A stretch of 64,000 nt of DNA from an uncultured archaeon (GCA_000965745.1 CP009479.1:800001-864000), one strand, 5' to 3'. Positions 10,512 through 20,637 are shown, counted from the first letter of the stretch. The notes: a model not told the origin generated them from the sequence alone. Made by a program: numbers and translations.

Positions 10512-12121
10512 ACTCGTCTGTCTTATTCCTTGCAAGAATGCTCATGATCGAGCAGCGCTATCAGGCCATAAAAAAATCTCCAAAATACACATCAGAGGTT
10601 GACCAGAAGACAACCAGGAAAAAACTTGGAAACTTCCTCAAGGTGTCCTACGCAGCAAATTCAATCTCTTTTGCAGTGTTCTCATTCCTTCTTATAACTC
10701 CATACATTTTCACTGGCGGTGATGCTGGACGGATCACTAACATTGGTTTCATTGTGTACATTTACGCTCTGATAATAAGCATCTACAGTTCCGCCCTGTT
10801 TTTCAACTCTTTGGGCACCATGAATCTTCTTGGCCCCGTTTCACCGCTACCATATGAAGGGAGAAAGAAGGCGGTGATGTTTTCATGGTTCATATACAAC
10901 GGGTCAAGTGCTATCTTTGCCGTCCTTCCAGCTGTTGTCTGGATAGCATGGTCTACAGGAAACCCTGCGGTGCTATTCTTCGGGATAATTTGGGGTATTC
11001 TTCTAATCATGGCAGGATTCACGATCGGCTCCCTCATAAACGCTTTCATATCAGGAAACGGAAGGGGGGAAAAAGCAGGATTCATGAGCACAATGAAGAG
11101 CACGATCAGGGTTATTATAATCCTCTTTGTGTTCGCTATTTTCGAAATCGGCATATATCTCCCCGGACTGATACCGAATTTCATTCCAGGGATCGCATTT
11201 CCTCTGAACAGGTTCCTGCCTCTGGTTAACATTCCTTATGTTGTTTTTCTGGGAAATCAGACCCTCCATGGACTTGTTACTGATGCAGCTTCATCAATCC
11301 TTTACCTTGCAGCATTCTCCATCTTAGCAGTTGCCACCAACTCCTTTGCCGTTGAAAGGTCCGTTCTTCTCGGGAAATCTGAAGAGATTTTCAGGCCTGA
11401 AAAGTTTGTGAATTACAGGAGGGGAAGCCTTCCAGCATCACTTATAATGAAGGAGGTCAGGATCGTGGCAAGAAAATCCCAGAACGTCATACTCCTCTTC
11501 ATTCCAGTCATATTCGTGTTTCCGACAATACTCTCAGTTCTCGTATATGGCAGTGAAGGAGGGATAGGAAACCTGGGCACATATTTCTCCCTGATATCAA
11601 TCCTGGTAATATGCTCCAGCTTCTACTCACTCATATTAATGGTTTCCGAAGGAAGTGGAATTGAGACACTTTTCTCGCTTCCCATCTCAGTCAAGGACAT
11701 AATATATTCAAAATCGGCTTTTGGACTTCTTGTATTCTCCATCATAATAATTCCCGTATCACTTCTCATAATAGGCGGCAATTACGGCACATCCACGTAT
11801 GATATTCTCGTTCCAGCCAATCTTATACTTGGCTTCTCATTCTCCTCGATTTTCAACATCAGGAGGCTATTGTTGCGCCTGCCTGCCGAGTCAACAAACG
11901 TCAATTTCTACTCCTTCGGTGGTGGATTGTTCATAGCTGCGATGTTTGTGGTTACCGCCGCAATAGTTCTCATTCCGGTCATTTTATCGGTGTTATTCAC
12001 AATAGCGCTGACAGGCTCGCTTCAGTCAAACCCCTATATCTTCTACCTTCTGGACAGTTCCCTGAATTTTGCAGCATTGCTTGGAGTCATATTCATGACC
12101 GGAAATACAGTTAAGACATGA
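10508..12121 (+). CDS. ABC transporter permease (multi-TM)
   Basis: About 12-13 hydrophobic segments; ATGA overlap with the ATPase gene. Confidence 0.75.
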   Translation: MNSSVLFLARMLMIEQRYQAIKKSPKYTSEVDQKTTRKKLGNFLKVSYAANSISFAVFSFLLITPYIFTGGDAGRITNIGFIVYIYALIISIYSSALFFNSLGTMNLLGPVSPLPYEGRKKAVMFSWFIYNGSSAIFAVLPAVVWIAWSTGNPAVLFFGIIWGILLIMAGFTIGSLINAFISGNGRGEKAGFMSTMKSTIRVIIILFVFAIFEIGIYLPGLIPNFIPGIAFPLNRFLPLVNIPYVVFLGNQTLHGLVTDAASSILYLAAFSILAVATNSFAVERSVLLGKSEEIFRPEKFVNYRRGSLPASLIMKEVRIVARKSQNVILLFIPVIFVFPTILSVLVYGSEGGIGNLGTYFSLISILVICSSFYSLILMVSEGSGIETLFSLPISVKDIIYSKSAFGLLVFSIIIIPVSLLIIGGNYGTSTYDILVPANLILGFSFSSIFNIRRLLLRLPAESTNVNFYSFGGGLFIAAMFVVTAAIVLIPVILSVLFTIALTGSLQSNPYIFYLLDSSLNFAALLGVIFMTGNTVKT

Positions 12122-12232
12122 ATCATTCTCCCTCATGAAGAGAAATATTCATGAAGCAGGAGGAAATTCCACTCGAAAAAATAGTAAAAATTATAAATAT
12201 TTTTTAAATCAGCCAAGGCTAAGTGATTACAA

Positions 12233-12685
12233 ATGGTAGATGTTAAAAAAGTCCCAGCCCAATTACTACTTAAGAATCTTGCAAAAAAATTCCAGGACGA
12301 CAAAAGGGTAAAAGCTGAGGAATGGATGAAATTCGCTAAGGCAGGGATACACAAAGAGAAAGCATGGGAACAGGATGACTGGTTTTACACAAGGCTGGCA
12401 TCAACACTGAGAAGGGTGTACCTGATTGGCCCAATAGGATCTTCTAGGTTGAGTGAATACTACGGGGGCCGGGTTGATAACGGATCTCAGGGATATCATC
12501 CCGCAAAAGGAAGCCGATCCATCGTAAGGCACACACTTATGACCCTTGAAAAACTGGGTTATGTCAAGAAAGACAAGAATGGGAGATCTGTCTCTCCACA
12601 GGGGCAGTCATTGCTTGACCAGGCATCAAAGGAAGTAATGAAGGAACTTGTGGAAAAGGACAAATCTCTTGAAAAGCTACTGTAA
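12233..12685 (+). CDS. rps19e: 30S ribosomal protein S19e
   Basis: WFYTRLASTLRRVY, YYGG, GQSLLD. Confidence 0.95.
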   Translation: MVDVKKVPAQLLLKNLAKKFQDDKRVKAEEWMKFAKAGIHKEKAWEQDDWFYTRLASTLRRVYLIGPIGSSRLSEYYGGRVDNGSQGYHPAKGSRSIVRHTLMTLEKLGYVKKDKNGRSVSPQGQSLLDQASKEVMKELVEKDKSLEKLL

Positions 12686-12695
12686 GTGATAGATC

Positions 12696-13043
12696 ATGGA
12701 AGATGATGAGGAACTAAGAGAACTGCGAAAAAGAAAGATGCAGGAAATGCAGCGTTCGGCCGAGGATCAGAGGGCATCCGAGGAGCAGCAGCAGGCCCAG
12801 GAGGAAGAACGAGCAAGGAAGCAGCAGATTCTCAGGCAGATCCTCGACCCACAGGCTCGCGAGAGGCTGGCAAATGTGAGGCTAGTAAGACCTGATCTTG
12901 CAGAAAACGTGGAGAACCAGCTAATACAGCTGGCCAGCATGGGCAGAATCAACAGAGTTCTTACAGAGAAAGAGATAAAGGACATACTGTCCAGAATGAC
13001 AGAAGGCAAAAGAGATATTAAAATTGAGAGGAGAAGCAAATGA
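12696..13043 (+). CDS. PDCD5-family DNA-binding protein
   Basis: [33 protein letters not shown]; conserved position after rps19e. Confidence 0.9.
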   Translation: MEDDEELRELRKRKMQEMQRSAEDQRASEEQQQAQEEERARKQQILRQILDPQARERLANVRLVRPDLAENVENQLIQLASMGRINRVLTEKEIKDILSRMTEGKRDIKIERRSK

Positions 13044-13195
13044 GCAGAAACAAGGAACTGGGAAGGAAAATAAGACTATTGAACAGAGTTAAGGCTAACA
13101 GAAGGGTTCCAGGCTGGGTTATGATGAAGACAGACAGAAAAGTTACCCAGAACCCTAAGAGAAGAAACTGGAGAAGAAACAACCTCAAGTTGTGA
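13040..13195 (+). CDS. rpl39e: 50S ribosomal protein L39e (51 aa, not in ORF track)
   Basis: Manual translation [51 protein letters not shown]; ATGA overlap with PDCD5. Confidence 0.95.
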   Translation: MSRNKELGRKIRLLNRVKANRRVPGWVMMKTDRKVTQNPKRRNWRRNNLKL

Positions 13196-13201
13196 TCATA
13201 C

Positions 13202-13471
13202 ATGGTTGAAAATCAGGTAAGTAACGAAATCCTTCTCAACATACCGCTGAGGAAGGCAAAGCTCTCCTCGAGAAAGAGAAGGGCCGACAGCGTAATGGCC
13301 ATAATTAAGGAATATGTTGCAAGATTCACGAAATCAGAAACCGATAAAATATGGATCGATACTAAGGTTAATGAAGCCGTTTGGAGTCGTGGAAGGACAA
13401 AGATCCCTTCTTACATTCAGGTGAAGGTTATCAAACTACAGGAAGGGACGACAGAAGTCATTCTGCCTTAG
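13202..13471 (+). CDS. rpl31e: 50S ribosomal protein L31e
   Basis: IPLR..K...R.RRA, VNEAVWSRG..KIP. Confidence 0.93.
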   Translation: MVENQVSNEILLNIPLRKAKLSSRKRRADSVMAIIKEYVARFTKSETDKIWIDTKVNEAVWSRGRTKIPSYIQVKVIKLQEGTTEVILP

Positions 13472-13475
13472 TTTT

Positions 13476-14129
13476 ATGATCAAAAAAATTTCTATCCTTA
13501 AAAGCAACTATATTGGTGTTTATGCTAGGGCATGGGAGGATATCGCAATCGTCCCCCTGACAATTGAAGATGAAGTTGTTTCAGATTTTGAGGAAGTTCT
13601 GGGTGTGGAAGTAAAAAAGACACTGGTCAACAACTCAAACCTCATCGGCTCCATGACGGTCATGAATTCAAACGGCATCATTGTGGCCCAGAACGGCTGG
13701 GAAGGAGGGTTTGAAGTTGAGATGCCCGGGAGAAACACACTTTATCTAAAAGATAAATTCAATGCTGTCGGAAACGACATAATTGCCAACAATCACGCAG
13801 CACTAATTCATACCGGTTTCAACAACACTTCCAGAAAGAAGATCGAGGATACACTTGGTGTAGAGGTTCTGAAAGGGACTATAGGCGGAATAAAGACTGT
13901 TGGGAGCGTTGGTGTGGTTACACAGAAAGGGATGCTTGTTGCACCGGAGGCTTCAGAAGAGGAGCAGGAATTTCTTTCAAAACTTTTCAAAGTGCCAGTC
14001 AAGGCAGGAACAGCGAATTTTGGGAATATGTACATCGGGTCTTCAATAATAGCCAATTCAAAAGGCGTGCTTGTAGGGAAGGACACAACGCCGATTGAAC
14101 TGGGAAGAATCGACGATATTTTTTCCTGA
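13476..14129 (+). CDS. eif6: Translation initiation factor 6 (aIF6)
   Basis: IGVY, GNDIIANN, GTANFG, TTPIELGRI; operon context. Confidence 0.93.
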   Translation: MIKKISILKSNYIGVYARAWEDIAIVPLTIEDEVVSDFEEVLGVEVKKTLVNNSNLIGSMTVMNSNGIIVAQNGWEGGFEVEMPGRNTLYLKDKFNAVGNDIIANNHAALIHTGFNNTSRKKIEDTLGVEVLKGTIGGIKTVGSVGVVTQKGMLVAPEASEEEQEFLSKLFKVPVKAGTANFGNMYIGSSIIANSKGVLVGKDTTPIELGRIDDIFS

Positions 14130-14633
14130 CTACTTCCCCTTCACGTCAGATATTTTCACGACTGACACTAGTTCGATGCCGTTCTCCTTGAGCATCTCCT
14201 TTCCTCCCTCTTCACGGTCAACAACAACTATTGCCCTTTTCACTACTCCCCCATTGTCCCTGATTAACTGCGCGGCCTTAAGGAGGGACCCGCCGGTGGT
14301 CACAACATCCTCAATAAGCTCAATCTCCTCGCCTTCGCGTAGGTGGCCTATGATGAGCTTCTTTGTTCCATGGCTTCTCTCTTTTCTCAGCACCAGGTAA
14401 GGTATCTTCATCATGACTGCGGTTGCTACTGTTATGGGCACTGCACCGAGCTCCATTCCCGCTATCTTTTGCGCACTCACCTTTGAGGCAAGCTCTGATG
14501 CGATCTCCTCAAGCGTCGCAGGATCGGTTGCAGCATCCTTTATGTCCACGTAATAATTGGATTTCTTTCCGGAAGTGAGTACAAAATCGCCGAATTTAAT
14601 GGCTCCAGCTTCTACAAGTCTGTCTTTCAGCAT
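14130..14633 (-). CDS. pyrE: Orotate phosphoribosyltransferase
   Basis: FVLTSGKKSNYYVD, LIEDVVTTGGS, VVDREEG. Confidence 0.93.
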   Translation of the reverse strand: MLKDRLVEAGAIKFGDFVLTSGKKSNYYVDIKDAATDPATLEEIASELASKVSAQKIAGMELGAVPITVATAVMMKIPYLVLRKERSHGTKKLIIGHLREGEEIELIEDVVTTGGSLLKAAQLIRDNGGVVKRAIVVVDREEGGKEMLKENGIELVSVVKISDVKGK

Positions 14634-14724
14634 TATTATCCTGTATCCTGATCGAATTAAAATTGATCTGTTAATCCTGTACCCTATCTGCCCAAGCGAA
14701 GCTTATATCAAGCCGAGGTGCCCT

Positions 14725-15367
14725 GTGAGAACAAAGGCTGGAAGGATCGCCCTATACGCTGACGGAGTCATGATTGGCTGGCACATGCTCCAGTCAAATA
14801 TGCTTTATACGAAGATCTTTGGCAGGAAGATTAGAATAATCTTCAGCCCTGCATTCGGAATCACTATCTTGTCTGGGCTCTAGACGGTTGCAAGCGGCTA
14901 ATGCCCTCATCTGTAATAACGAAGAATACAGGGTAATTGGCTGGGTCCCAGAGGTCGGGCATATGCCTGGGGTTATCAGAGCGAACGATAACAAGCTCAT
15001 AGCCAAACCCGATGGAAACAGGTCCATGGAAATTGATGATGAGGCAGACCCTGCACTGATTGCATTCTCATCAATGTCCATCTGCCTTTCAAGAATTTCG
15101 AGCTGCAAACCGACGAGCATCAATGTCGAAGCGATGATACGGTTGCCGGGCAAACGGAGGATGAAGTGGTTTCCTTTGTTGATCGGGATCAGCACCGTCC
15201 TCTTCTTCGGCTTGTTCCAGATATTCAACACTCTTCCATGGTCTAGTGCGCTTATCGCAGGATATGCCGCTTTTATGATTGGTGCAATGGCTTCCTTCAC
15301 GGTTTTAAATCTCTTCCACAAAACAACCGTCGTTTACAGCCTGAGGTGGCATCTTCTTGTTTCATGA
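14725..15367 (+). pseudogene. Possible frameshifted membrane-anchored hypothetical gene
   Basis: GTG 14725 (after GAGGTG and TTATAT) is open to TAG 14883; the +1 frame is open 14840-15367 and ends in two TM segments. Confidence 0.35.
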
Positions 15368-15385
15368 AGCAAATGCTCAGCAACA

Positions 15386-15474
15386 TTGTCCGACAACATG
15401 AAATAAGCTAAATTTCAATTTTTCTGACATCAAAAATATAAACAAATCTGAATTTGTTCGACAAGATTTAAATA
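15386..15474 (+). promoter_or_regulatory. ftsZ promoter: TATA (TTTAAATA 15467-15474) preceded by three phased TTGTCNGACAA-like boxes
   Basis: Boxes start at 15386, 15420 and 15454; TATA ends 25 nt before the ATG. Confidence 0.5.
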
Positions 15475-15499
15475 TTTATTAGGATTTTATAATTGACAT

Positions 15500-16648
15500 A
15501 TGGACGACATAGTTGACCTTTTATTCAAGTCTGCAACTTCAAATGCCCCCGATACGGGTGAGGAAGACAACGATTTCATGTTTGGACCCTCATCACCGGA
15601 GGATGCAGAAATAGCCAATGTTGCAAGACAACTCAGAGTCAGAATCAATATACTCGGATGCGGCGGGGCCGGATCAAATACAATAAGCAGGCTTTACAAG
15701 GAAAAGGTCAGCGGTGCGGACCTAATAGCCCTTAACACGGATGCATCACACCTTTATTACATCACTTCCCCGGCAAAACTGCTTATAGGGGAGCGAAGCA
15801 CACTTGGCAGAGGGACAGGTGCCCAGCCGATGCTGGGTGAGCAAGCAGCCCTCGAGGACATTTCCAAGATACAGAAGATGGTTCAGAAATCTGATATATG
15901 TTTCATCACCTGCGGTCTTGGAGGAGGTACGGGAACGGGCTCTGCCCCGATCATTGCAAAGGCTGCCAAGGAAGCAGGCTCATTAGTGATATCAGTAGTT
16001 ACTCTCCCTTTCACGGCAGAAGGTCCGGTAAGGATGAACAACGCAATTCTCGGGCTGGAAAAGCTGTCGCAGTACTCAGACACAGTTATTGCCATACCAA
16101 ATGACAAACTCCTGCAGGCTGTACCGAAAAAGCCGCTCGAAGAGGCCTTTGAATACGCAGATTCAGTACTTTCCGAAGCAATCAAGGGAATTACAGAGAT
16201 GATCACCAAGACCGGCCTCATAAACCTGGATTATGCTGACATAAAGACAATCATGAAGGATGGTGGTGTTGCAATGATAGGCATGGGGGAATCTGCCGGA
16301 GGCAATGACCGCGTTCTTTTTTCATTGGACGACGCTATATCATCTCCTCTGGTAGAAGCGGACATAAGCCAGGCGAAAAACTGCCTTATACGCGTCATAG
16401 GGGGGCCAAACATGACCGTCAGTGAAGCGGAGAAGGCAATGAGTGAGATCCAGAAACGTATCGACAAGGATGCAAGGATAATCTGGGGAGCCTCTATAGA
16501 TCAGAGCTATGGAGACAAGATAAAGGTTCTCATCCTCCTTACAGGAGTAAGATCACCCTACATGTTGTCAGGCAGGAACGATGCAAGACGCCTCGGGAAG
16601 ATGATGGGAGGTTATGTCGACGATATTGGGATCGACATGATATCCTGA
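15500..16648 (+). CDS. ftsZ: Cell division protein FtsZ
   Basis: GCGGAGSN, ALNTD, GLGGGTGTG, PFTAEG, INLDYAD. Confidence 0.97.
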   Translation: MDDIVDLLFKSATSNAPDTGEEDNDFMFGPSSPEDAEIANVARQLRVRINILGCGGAGSNTISRLYKEKVSGADLIALNTDASHLYYITSPAKLLIGERSTLGRGTGAQPMLGEQAALEDISKIQKMVQKSDICFITCGLGGGTGTGSAPIIAKAAKEAGSLVISVVTLPFTAEGPVRMNNAILGLEKLSQYSDTVIAIPNDKLLQAVPKKPLEEAFEYADSVLSEAIKGITEMITKTGLINLDYADIKTIMKDGGVAMIGMGESAGGNDRVLFSLDDAISSPLVEADISQAKNCLIRVIGGPNMTVSEAEKAMSEIQKRIDKDARIIWGASIDQSYGDKIKVLILLTGVRSPYMLSGRNDARRLGKMMGGYVDDIGIDMIS

Positions 16649-16718
16649 TGCCCTCCCATTTGAATGTGATGCAACTGCAACATCAAACAATTTTTAGCAA
16701 CATCAGCAATCATAGGTT

Positions 16719-17372
16719 GTGACTCAGGAATCAAGGCTCATTCTGGCCCTCGATGTTTACGGTGTTGAGAAAGCTGAGGATATAGCAAAACAGGCCGAGG
16801 GCAGGGTAAGGGCAATTAAAATAAACTGGCCCCTGGTCATGACATCGGGAATCGGCGTCGTCCAAAGGCTGTCAAGATATGCTGAGGTTCTATGCGACCT
16901 CAAGATCGCTGACATACCGAACACGAACAGGCTCATAACACAGAAAGTCAATGAAATGGGGGCATGGGGGATCATAACACACATTTTCACGGGTTCGGAT
17001 TCCCTGAAGGCGGTTAAGGAGGCTTCCGGCGAAATGAAAGTATTCGGTGTTGTAGCCATGTCTCACCCGGGAGCATCAGAATTTATGCTTGGTTTCAGGG
17101 ATCGACTGCTGGCGCTTGCGAAGGAAGCCGGATTATTTGGGATAATTGCACCCGGGAACAACTACGAGGTCACAAAGGAATTAAGGTCCAGGGCAGGAAC
17201 CCTGAAGATAGCATCTCCGGGTGTAGGGGCCCAGGGAGGCAGTGCTTCGGATGCTATTTTGAGCGGTGCAGACTATATAATTTCGGGCAGAAGCATCTAC
17301 GAATCTGACAATCCATCAGTAGAGATGGACCTGATTAATGAAGAAATCAAACAAGCGATCGGATTGAAATAA
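16719..17372 (+). CDS. pyrF: Orotidine-5'-phosphate decarboxylase
   Basis: LILALD, DLKIADIPNT, SPGVGAQGG, GRSIY. Confidence 0.95.
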   Translation: MTQESRLILALDVYGVEKAEDIAKQAEGRVRAIKINWPLVMTSGIGVVQRLSRYAEVLCDLKIADIPNTNRLITQKVNEMGAWGIITHIFTGSDSLKAVKEASGEMKVFGVVAMSHPGASEFMLGFRDRLLALAKEAGLFGIIAPGNNYEVTKELRSRAGTLKIASPGVGAQGGSASDAILSGADYIISGRSIYESDNPSVEMDLINEEIKQAIGLK

Positions 17373-17390
17373 TAGTGACCGCTAGTATGC

Positions 17391-18137
17391 ATGATAATCA
17401 TGTATATAGCTGGTGTTGAACTCAGTGGCCGGATAACGAGAAGAACCGTCAATGATTACATTCCGATGCTCAACTACATCAAAAACAAGAACAGGGTCGG
17501 TGGCCTCATTCTCGTTCTCAACTCAGAGGGCGGTGATGCAAACGCTTCAGAAATTCTCTACAATCAGATAAGGGAGATAAAGGAGAAGAAGCCCGTGTAC
17601 GCCCTGATTGAAGGCATGGGTGCTTCCGGAGCTTACTGGATAGCATCAGCATGCACCAAGCTCTTTGCCATGGAAACCTCGCTTGTAGGATCTATCGGTG
17701 TGATCAGTTTCTTTCCGAACGTCACTAAATTTCTGGACAAGATAGGCATTTCGGTGGAAGTAAACAAGATTGGTAATTACAAGGACATGACTTCCCCTTT
17801 CAAGGATATGGACCAGGAGTCCAGGGACAAATTCAAGAAGATAATGGAAGCCACATTCTCAAAATTCAGGGAGGATGTCATGAAGAACAGGAAGATACCC
17901 GAATCGTATCAGGAGGATGTTTTCAACGGTCAGATTTTTGCTTCAAGAGACGCATTGGAGAATGGGCTGATAGATGAAATCAGCGATATCTCCTCTGTTT
18001 CTGAGCAAATGGCAAAGGTACTCTCAATAAAGAGGAAGGTGAAGATGTTCTACCCCAGAAAGCCATTCATCTCAAGAATGATCACGTCTGAGATGGTGTC
18101 GGGCGTCATATCAGACGTCTTCAAAAGGGACCTTTAA
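17391..18137 (+). CDS. sppA: Signal peptide peptidase SppA (S49)
   Basis: NSEGG, GASGAYWIAS, VGSIGV, G.YKD, GLIDEI. Confidence 0.9.
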   Translation: MIIMYIAGVELSGRITRRTVNDYIPMLNYIKNKNRVGGLILVLNSEGGDANASEILYNQIREIKEKKPVYALIEGMGASGAYWIASACTKLFAMETSLVGSIGVISFFPNVTKFLDKIGISVEVNKIGNYKDMTSPFKDMDQESRDKFKKIMEATFSKFREDVMKNRKIPESYQEDVFNGQIFASRDALENGLIDEISDISSVSEQMAKVLSIKRKVKMFYPRKPFISRMITSEMVSGVISDVFKRDL

Positions 18138-18143
18138 GAACAA

Positions 18144-19082
18144 TCAGAGAGAGATGAGGTAAAGGATTATCATTATGGGCACGACAAAAATAATCAGGAA
18201 CGAGTATGCGGAAATATAATACACATTTAGTGCTCGCTTGACATCTGCGACAGTAGGTGAAAATCCGTTCGGGTTGAGTATGTAGTACCCGACTTTTTCG
18301 AGCCTGAGATTCAGCGATGTTGCCATTGCACCCATTGTCCAGCCGGTGTTTATGCTTTCAGGCATTGCCGCTGCGCGGCTCAGTGGTATGCTCTTCACTT
18401 TGTAGTTCATGAGCTCTGAACTGAACATGATCAGGAAGGCAGAGATTCTCGCAGGTATGTAATTTACAATTGTATGTATAACTGCGGTCGCCCTCCCAAA
18501 CTCAAAATTTCTGCTGTCCCTGTGGCCAATGACGGCATCAAGGGAATTCAGTATCTTGGCTACAAACGCGCCTAGCAAGCCAAAAACGGAAAAATAAAGG
18601 AGGGGTGAGACAAATCCGTATATGAGCCCCTTGGAAATGGATTCAATTGCTGCAGAGGCAATCTGCGCTTCTGTCAGGTGCTCTGTATCCCTTCTGACCA
18701 GCCTCGTCAGGTAAACCCGCGCCTCCATCAGGCTGCCTTTCTCAAGGGCCTCTATAACTGGCTTGACATGCTCTCTTACTGAAGTAAATGAAAATGCGCT
18801 CTTAAGTACAATTATGCCAATTATAACATAAACAACCATTATGGGGCTTACAAAATGAAGGACAACCCACACTGGCAGGGAATACAGGACAACAATGAAA
18901 AGAAGAAAGGCGAAACCTGCAAAGACAAGATTTCCCTTTCTGAAGTACCGGTCAAAATAATTTGAGACTCCACGGACAAACATGGACGGCTGCAGGTAAG
19001 CTCTTGGCTCCCCGAAAAGGATATCAATCGCGAGTGCCCCTATGAGCATTTCTATTCCAGTAACTATCCACAGTGTAGACAT
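18144..19082 (-). CDS. cbiB: CobD/CbiB-family cobalamin biosynthesis membrane protein
   Basis: DILFGEP, LVRRDT, AAIES, LNSLDAVIG, NYIPARI, S.NTGW. Confidence 0.8.
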   Translation of the reverse strand: MSTLWIVTGIEMLIGALAIDILFGEPRAYLQPSMFVRGVSNYFDRYFRKGNLVFAGFAFLLFIVVLYSLPVWVVLHFVSPIMVVYVIIGIIVLKSAFSFTSVREHVKPVIEALEKGSLMEARVYLTRLVRRDTEHLTEAQIASAAIESISKGLIYGFVSPLLYFSVFGLLGAFVAKILNSLDAVIGHRDSRNFEFGRATAVIHTIVNYIPARISAFLIMFSSELMNYKVKSIPLSRAAAMPESINTGWTMGAMATSLNLRLEKVGYYILNPNGFSPTVADVKRALNVYYISAYSFLIIFVVPIMIILYLISL

Positions 19083-19359
19083 TAAGGGTCTCTCTTAAAT
19101 TGGAAATTTATAATCGCAATAAAAGGTTTGTTCGATGATAGTTGTTTGAGTGCCGGATCAAACAATTGTTTCACAATGGTGTGAACAGGCGTTTCAAATT
19201 TCCAACACAGCTGTACTTCACAAAAAAGAAAATGAAGCTATATCCGAAATTCTGTTTCTGTTGTATCGTCTGTGACCGAAACTCCTGCCTCATATTAGTC
19301 GAAAGTTATATATTTGATTCCTTGATAAAGGGTCAGAATTTCTATAACGATGTGTTGCT

Positions 19360-20247
19360 ATGAGTGATCTTCTCCAAGAGTTTGAGCAAAAAAGGGAAGT
19401 TATCAGGAAGATAGTCGAAGAGCATGTCCGCAAGAGGGACGAGGCATCTCAGTTCAGCCATGAACAGGCTGAAGAAAGAGACACCTTAAATGCTAAAGTT
19501 CGAGAAATGAGAGACGAAGCTAAGAAGAAAATAGCTGAGAAAAGCGAACTTATCGAAACTGTCCAGAAGCTTCGTGCAGAAAAAGAGGAACATTACAAGA
19601 ATCTATCAGAGTTGCGAAAGGAACTCAGAAAGATCAGAGAGACTACTGATATTCAGGGTATTGACAGCAAAGAGATCAGGATCAAGGAGAAAGAACTCCA
19701 GAAACTTGAACTCAAGCAACAGACGACACAGTTGAATAAGACAGAGGAATTGAAGGTTGTCTCGGAAATCAAGAGGTTCAGCAATGAGATACGCAGGCTC
19801 AAGAAACAAAGAGATACCGAATTGCAGAGCAATTCAGTTGTCCGTGAATTGAGCGAGAAAATTAACGAGGAAAGGCAGAAAGGGGAAGGGCTCAAGAAGG
19901 AAATTGAGGAAATCTCCAACAAGATTTCTGCAATCAGCGATGATATCAACACCAGGCTTCAGGAGCTTGATGAGGTTAGAAAGAACGCTGATACATTCCA
20001 CGAACAGTTTATCAAATTCAGCCAGGAATCTGAAAAAGAGCATGAAGCGTTCATCAAAGCCAAGAATGATCTCAGGGACCTTGAAAAAGTCATATCAAGC
20101 CTGAGAACCAAGAACAAAACCACGAAGAAGAAAGAGAAAGAGGGAGAACTTCAGAAGAAAGCCACAACCCTGTTTGACAAATTCAAGAAAGGTGAACAGC
20201 TAACTACCGAGGACCTGCTCATTTTACAGAAGGCAGGTTTTCTCTGA
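19360..20247 (+). CDS. Archaeal coiled-coil protein (COG1340-like)
   Basis: Continuous heptad E/K-rich sequence; QQT..L...E; C-terminal FKKGEQLTTEDLLILQK. Confidence 0.8.
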   Translation: MSDLLQEFEQKREVIRKIVEEHVRKRDEASQFSHEQAEERDTLNAKVREMRDEAKKKIAEKSELIETVQKLRAEKEEHYKNLSELRKELRKIRETTDIQGIDSKEIRIKEKELQKLELKQQTTQLNKTEELKVVSEIKRFSNEIRRLKKQRDTELQSNSVVRELSEKINEERQKGEGLKKEIEEISNKISAISDDINTRLQELDEVRKNADTFHEQFIKFSQESEKEHEAFIKAKNDLRDLEKVISSLRTKNKTTKKKEKEGELQKKATTLFDKFKKGEQLTTEDLLILQKAGFL

Positions 20248-20253
20248 GGGCAT

Positions 20254-20637
20254 TTGATCCGCAGAGTGGGTCTTGGTCTATTAGTAACTGGCATACTCCT
20301 CTACGTCATATTTTCGGCTCTCGGGATAGTCCGTGCTGGAGTTTTCATAATATTCCCGTTCTTTGTCAGCAATAACGCTCTGTCATTGATACCTTTGGTT
20401 TTCATACTGTCCGGCTTTCTTCTCATGTTTACAGCTCCCGCAGAAAGAATAAGCCGCCAAGGGAAGGAGGAGCAGGAACATTACCCTGAAACCGAAAAAG
20501 AGAACAGGAAATTTGGCGGTCTGGTAATGATCGGCCCAATCCCAATCATTTTCGTAAACGACAGGAAAATAATTTACATCCTTGCAGGAGTCGCAGCAGC
20601 TATCCTACTGGTTCTCCTCCTGTATTATCTCAGATGA
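20254..20637 (+). CDS. DUF131/TIGR00304-family membrane protein
   Basis: GGLVMIGPIPIIF motif, three TM segments. Confidence 0.8.
   Translation: MIRRVGLGLLVTGILLYVIFSALGIVRAGVFIIFPFFVSNNALSLIPLVFILSGFLLMFTAPAERISRQGKEEQEHYPETEKENRKFGGLVMIGPIPIIFVNDRKIIYILAGVAAAILLVLLLYYLR

Noticed and set aside
14724-14795. C/D box sRNA
   Set aside because: There is one CTGA but no proper RTGATGA box C or terminal box D.
14881-14883. TAG read-through (pyrrolysine)
   Set aside because: The frame stops again five codons later, and no pyl genes are present.
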